From Macrostomum lignano (lineage: Eukaryota): a stretch of DNA of 24,917 nt. The stretch lies in assembly GCA_002269645.1 (NCBI GenBank), contig NIVC01004078.1, positions 1 to 24,917 of the forward strand. The letters run 5' to 3'. Below the pieces are notes generated by a model, which was not told where the DNA came from, did no database searches, and saw nothing but the letters and a program-made list of their open reading frames with translations. Shown here one piece after another: positions 19,757-24,917 of the stretch. Numbering within the stretch: the stretch's first letter is position 1; every line of letters begins with the position of its first letter. The translations under genes were made by a program, and so were the position numbers.

Positions 19757-20754
19757 TCTGGACAGCCGCTAGCAGATTTCTATCGGGCTGCTCCAGGGCC
19801 AGCAGCCTATTTGAAATGTTGCACTGCCACTTGTTGTTGCTGACTGGGCGTGACACCGCATGAGCGGCTGCCAGCCAGGTTGAAGCTCTGTGTTTGCTCA
19901 CTTTTGAGGAATCTCAATTTGACATGCGAGTCAAGCGAAGCAAAGAAGGCACTTTGCTCAGCCACTCAGTAAATAATAAATCAAGTTGACAGCTTCTTTT
20001 CACTTTTCAAAGCGACACTTCAGAGCGCTAGCTATACATGAATTAGCATCCATAGAGTCGCCATATTTTCATTGGTTAATCTTAAACTCAAGCAAGAGCC
20101 AATGAATAAAGAGGCAAAACTGCGAATTCAGTAGGGAGGAAGGAGAGTGCCAGGCTCCGGCAGTATCGAGCTCCTCTCGCACCGGCAGTTTCCCCAGGCT
20201 GGAGAAGAATTATTGCTGTCGAATTCTTGCCACGCGCGATTGGTTTCTGCGCCTGCAGCTCTTCGACACTCCCGGCTGGAAAACTACCGCCGCGTTCCAG
20301 GTGGCCCGGCTCCGGCCTCCGCAACCCCTGCTAATTAGTTTAGCTCGAACTCCCCTTCCCCATCCTCCGCCGCTCTCGCAGCGAAGCTTCTTGTTTCTGA
20401 TAAGCTCAACGATTTTTCCTCCGCTTTCAATTTTCTTCCAGCCCAGCTCCATGGCTCACCTGCATGCCGGTGGATTCGCCCTAATGGCATTGGAAATTCG
20501 ATATTGTCTCCGGGCGTCCAACAGCTGCAGTGGCCTCGCCAACAACGGGCCCAGATCTGCGCTGAAAAACAAAGAGCAGAAAACACAACGGGCTTCAAAT
20601 TTGCCCAGTAAGGCAGTTCGATGTACGTCTTATGTAACAGTAGTAATTCCAGTAGTTGAGTAAATTAATCTGAGATCCACAGCTAATTTAGTCTGCCAAA
20701 TGTCTGAGATCAGTGAGCACCCAGACGCACCGTCTTGTTTATCTTCCGTAAAGC

Positions 20755-20945
20755 CTCTATCCGGCCCTCGGGTCCTTTGAAACTTTCCAATAGCAATCTG
20801 GCCCGCTCAAGGTTTGTGTCTCTTCTCAGCTTTCTCCTCTCTCATCTCCTTTTCTCTCTCTTCTCATATTCTCTGTCATCTCTTCTCTTATTTTATCTCT
20901 AATCTCACCTCATCTGTCTTATCTCTCTCACCTCTCCCCTCTCCT
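20755..20945 (-). repeat. Dispersed repeat, copy B (inverted relative to copy A)
   Basis: 59-bp core followed by a pyrimidine tract mirroring the purine tract of copy A. Confidence 0.85.
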
Positions 20946-21640
20946 GATTTTGCCCATCTAGCTCGTAGATAAAAAACTCCACGAGGGACAAATGCGCAAC
21001 AGGCCGTTTTTGATTCAGAAGCTAAATTCAATCCTTTTTTTCAAACCTCGTATCACAGTTGTAAATTTGAGTTTTTTATGCACGTAACTTGATTAGACTA
21101 CTACTGAGTTCAGTAGGATTACGCGTGTAAATACGCTGAAATGACGTGCACCAATACTAGAGGAGTCAAATGCTGATATGGATCAGTAAAATGTGCAACG
21201 TCTGCACAATACGAACCGTATCTGCACAGCAATCCAGCAATCCTGACCAAGCGCTCTGGCCAGCCAATGCCGGTCTGAACGCTCTTATCCTTATCGAATC
21301 TGAGCGAGCGCACATTGCCGGCAGCCACAGGAAGCTACGGCTGGAGGCTCTGCACACAGGTTTGCATGATAGGAGAGAGTGGGGGTGAGAGATGTACGGA
21401 CAGGAGAGCGATCGGATCGCCTTATCTGCGGCGCTGCAAGGGTTTCGAGAGCTGGCTTTGTTAATGATGACGTGGCCTGAAAGACTGGAGGGAGAGAGGC
21501 AGACAGCGGGGTCAGGGTTCGGCTCGTCCCGGCTTAAAAGCTGCGCATCTGGAACTGCACGCGGGAACGGAGAGAGACCAGAAGTTAAAGGGTGAATACT
21601 TTACCAGCGAAGCGAACTTTGCATTACCAACGAAGCAAGC

Positions 21641-24269
21641 ATGCTGCGCAGTCATTCGCTCTGCTGGCTATACTTGGCTTGTGTATGCGCACAGCTGAGC
21701 ATCGCATTTGAGCCTGGCGTGCAGTACACCTACCAGTACGAGACCGACACTGTACTGAGCGAGCTGCAGCAGCAGACAGACGCCAAACACGCTGGTCGGC
21801 TGGTTTTCAAATCCAATCTGAGCTTGGTGCGCCTGAAGTTCGCCAATGGACTGTCAGCCCTGAGGCTTTGCTTCCTGACGGCATCCATGAGCAACGGCCT
21901 GGCGGCAGCAGCGACTGACGCACAACCGCCAGCCGACTCGGAGTTCCTGCTGACCGCTCAGGAGCCCAGCATGCCGGCCTGGTTCGGCTCCGTGGTCGCG
22001 CCGGAGCGTGTCGAACAGTTGTGGCTGAATTTGGCCCGCGGTGTGGCCTCGTTGTTGCGCTACCAGGACGCCAACGGCCAGTCCGTGGAGCGAGTCGCCG
22101 ACACCATGGGAGAGTGCGGCCTGTCGTTCACCTCGCTGCCGTCGGAGAACGGAAAGCGGCGGCTGGAGAAGCGCGCCGAGGCGTGCGAAAACGTCGAGCT
22201 GTCCGGCGAGCGGGACTCCGTCAATCCGCTGTTCGCCGTCCGCCGCCGCAACCCGGCCAGCTCGGTCACCGTTCTAGAATTCAGCGATAACAGCAACGGC
22301 CAGCCAGTGTCAGTGTCAGCCAGCGAAAGTCACGAGCTGCTGCCTCTCCGACTACCCGGCGATTTTGGCCTCCGAGTGACGTCCAGCAGCCGTCTAACCT
22401 TGTTGAAAGCCGAGCCAGCCACGGCTGCACCTGTCCCAGAGTTTGAGACCCTCTCCGCTTACCTGCAGTCTACTGGCAGACCAACCCGAGAGGTCGCCCT
22501 GCCAACATCACCAGAGACAGCCGACAGACCGGACACCGCAGCTCGCCTGGCTGAGTTCCTGTCTCGCCTGGCAGCTCAGACGGCCGGCCAGGCGAGCCAT
22601 TCAGCAGAGGCTCTGTCGCTGGTGCAAGGTCTACCGCTGGCTCGCGGAGCGCGCGATCAGGCGGCGCTTCGGCGGCAACTGGAGCTGGCGTTGGGCAAGT
22701 GGCAGCTTCCCGCGGTGCTGGAACTGTTTGCGGCCTGTGGCACCAGACCTTGCCTTGGCGCCCTGTTCGACTTTGTTGCTAAGAATCTTGACAATCTTGA
22801 CGACTCCGTATTGGAGCGGCTGCTGCTCTCGGTTGCCCAGGTAAGCCGAGTAGGCCGACCCTTGCTGGAGCGAGCCCGGGACCTCCTGGCACGCCTCGAG
22901 GCCGCCAAACGAACTGAAGCTGCGCAGTCCGCTCTGCACGCGCTGGCAACGCTTAGCAGAAAGTGGGCGGCGGCAAACAAAAGAAATTCAGACGTTTCAG
23001 GCCTGCTGCTGGACCGCCTGGCTGCTTGCGAAGCCGTCGAGGACATCGACTGCCAGCTGGCGGTCCTGTCCGCCATGTCCAACTGCCCCAGCCCCCTCTA
23101 CCGGACGCCGATTCTGCGTGGCCTCCTGGCGAACGGCACCGCTGGCTCCCAGGCTACCGTGGCACGACTTCGCGTTCTGCAAGTCTCTGGCCCACTGGAC
23201 GTCCAGCAGCGAAGCCACCTTGTTGGGCTGCTCCGCCAGCGCCACGTACCGCTCAGCAACCCGATGCGCTACGCCATCTCGGCGGCTCTGGGCGGCCCGG
23301 TGGCCTGTCCTGAATGTACCGAACGCCTGCGTCGGAGCGCAGATCTCTGGCTGCCGATTCGCCGGCGCCACAGCCGGCAGCTGCCCTCCGGCCCAGAGGA
23401 AATTCTGGAGCCGCTCACCTCGTCCGCCTACCGACGGGGCTTGCTTTTTCGCGACGGAAACGTCGGCTTTGAGTTTGACCTCCTCGGCAACAAGCTCGGC
23501 GGTATTCGCCTGTCCGACTTTCGCCTGGCCTTCAACAGTTCCGACCAATCAGCGGGGCTGGACATTCTCGGCGTGAGACTGTACGCGGACGCCGTCGACA
23601 GCCTCTTGGACAGCGGCGGTGGCGGCCAGGGCAGCGCAGCCAGTCCGGATGACGAGCTCCTCGAGGAGGCCACAGCCGGCCTGCAGCTGAGCGTGTTGGG
23701 TGAGTGGCTGCGGCCTCGGCGCTTCTTCACGGGCAGCTCCGGGCTGATGTCGGCCGTGTGGAATGCTCCCGAGGAGCCGGTCAACGTCTTGCAAGCCAGT
23801 TTCCAGCTGCACGACTTTGCAACCCGACTGCACCTGCAGAACGGCCTGATTGTGCAGGCGGCTCTGACCGGCTCCGCGGCCCTGAGTGTCTCCGGCTCCC
23901 TGTCGGTGAGCATTTGGAATCGGGACGCAGCCTCCCGAGTCCTGAACTCCATCGGGGCGGCGCTCAACGCTCAGGCGAGCCTCGGGCGGGCCACCACTCC
24001 GTTGAATTTGTCAGCCAGGCGCACGCCGAGCTCAGCAACAACTTCGTCACCTTTGTTGGCTTCGCCGAGGCGCCCGTCGCACCTGCTTGGTCATGTCCAA
24101 CTCGGCGGCGGCTGTGGCGCACAACTGTCACGTGACCGATTCCGTTGGGCCGCGCTACGACCGGCACAGTCACGATTTCTACCTGCCCGGCCGAACCTTC
24201 TCTATGGGGCCGCGCAATGACCAGCTGTGCGTTGAGCTGGCGCCAGATGGGGACGGGGTGGATGATTAG
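21641..24269 (+). CDS. MTTP: Microsomal triglyceride transfer protein large subunit (large lipid transfer protein family), intronless, two -1 frameshifts near the 3' end; ~876 aa if corrected
   Basis: Signal peptide, then FEPGVQYTYQYET and DTMGEC (vitellogenin/MTP N-terminal barrel), a helical domain, and SSAY...LRPRRFFTG...LQNGL...SGSLSVSIWNR (MTP C-sheet). MTP-like sequence continues in two shifted frames: EFVSQAHAELSNNFVTFVGFAEAP, then TCLVM...LPGRTFSMGPRNDQLC...DD* (TAG 24267-24269). Confidence 0.9.
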
Positions 24270-24917
24270 CCTGAGTGCAACTGCATGTTCCTCGTGTGTA
24301 TGAGTAGCCTATACATTGACTTTGACTAGACCCTGCTAGAATTTCTGGCAGTCTAGCGAGGAATTCCGTGACCATTTCTACTGATCGCTTTGTCAAATAA
24401 GTCTGTTCGACCAGCAGCATTTGTTCTCCTGCCAGAACCAGGACTCCTGTCCTGCCAGGACGTGACATTTCAGAATTATGGAAAATTAATCTGAAGACCT
24501 TTTTTAGTTTCAAATTGCATTAGCTAGCGAGATTCCGTTCCCTTCTGTACTTTATACCGAAAATCATTTGAAGCCACAGTAGTTGTGTTTGGTCCGCTAA
24601 GGTTCCTCAAGTTTATTAACTCCGAGTTGAGAAAAAATACCCCTGGAAAAAACTTCGAGCAAAATCATAGTTCTTCCATCTCTCGAATTCAATGTTCTAA
24701 ATGGATTTTTAGTCCAATTTTTCAAACTTTTCCTCGTAGAACCCTGTTTAATGTCGTGCATTCTACACTTTTACACTAAAAACCGGTGTAAAAGCCACAC
24801 TGTACTTTCGCTTATTTCCGGTATCCAATTTCTGATCACTACTCAGTTTTCAAAGTTGCCTGCTTTCCCTGAGTTTTAAATCCTGCTCAACTGTACTGTA
24901 ACAATGCTAACAATGTA

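Noticed and set aside
18647-19901. Overlapping ORFs on the membrane-protein gene
   Set aside because: Shadow ORFs; only the 368-aa frame has a coherent architecture.
21119-21595. ORFs upstream of MTTP (two in the MTTP frame; minus-strand GNVRSL resembling a LINE endonuclease start)
   Set aside because: They are separated by stops and show no further endonuclease motifs, and MTTP already begins with its own signal peptide.

Overview
This is animal genomic DNA, most likely an invertebrate. GC-rich, largely intronless CDSs among very AT-rich, CpG-free introns resemble the flatworm Macrostomum, but that is inference only. Four protein genes are supported: a two-exon cornichon (minus strand, 7957-8037 + 4867-5217, 143 aa), MEA1 (16145-16792), an unrecognised single-pass membrane protein (minus, 18650-19756), and the microsomal triglyceride transfer protein large subunit (21641-24269, with two 1-nt frameshifts near its 3' end). 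Between cornichon and MEA1 lies a very young 5,034-bp LTR retroelement (9148-14181). It has two apparently identical 842-bp TG..CA LTRs, a TCCAC target-site duplication, a tRNA-Gln primer-binding site and a polypurine tract, but no recognisable gag/pol. Its interior holds four tandem arrays, three built from small hairpins with conserved stems and variable loops, plus an antisense segment encoding a clear Tudor-domain signature (WFRG...IHFIDFGNTE). That Tudor-carrying, hairpin-rich non-autonomous element is the most unusual object in the window. A tRNA-derived CORE-like SINE, a foldback palindrome and several mini/microsatellites are also present.
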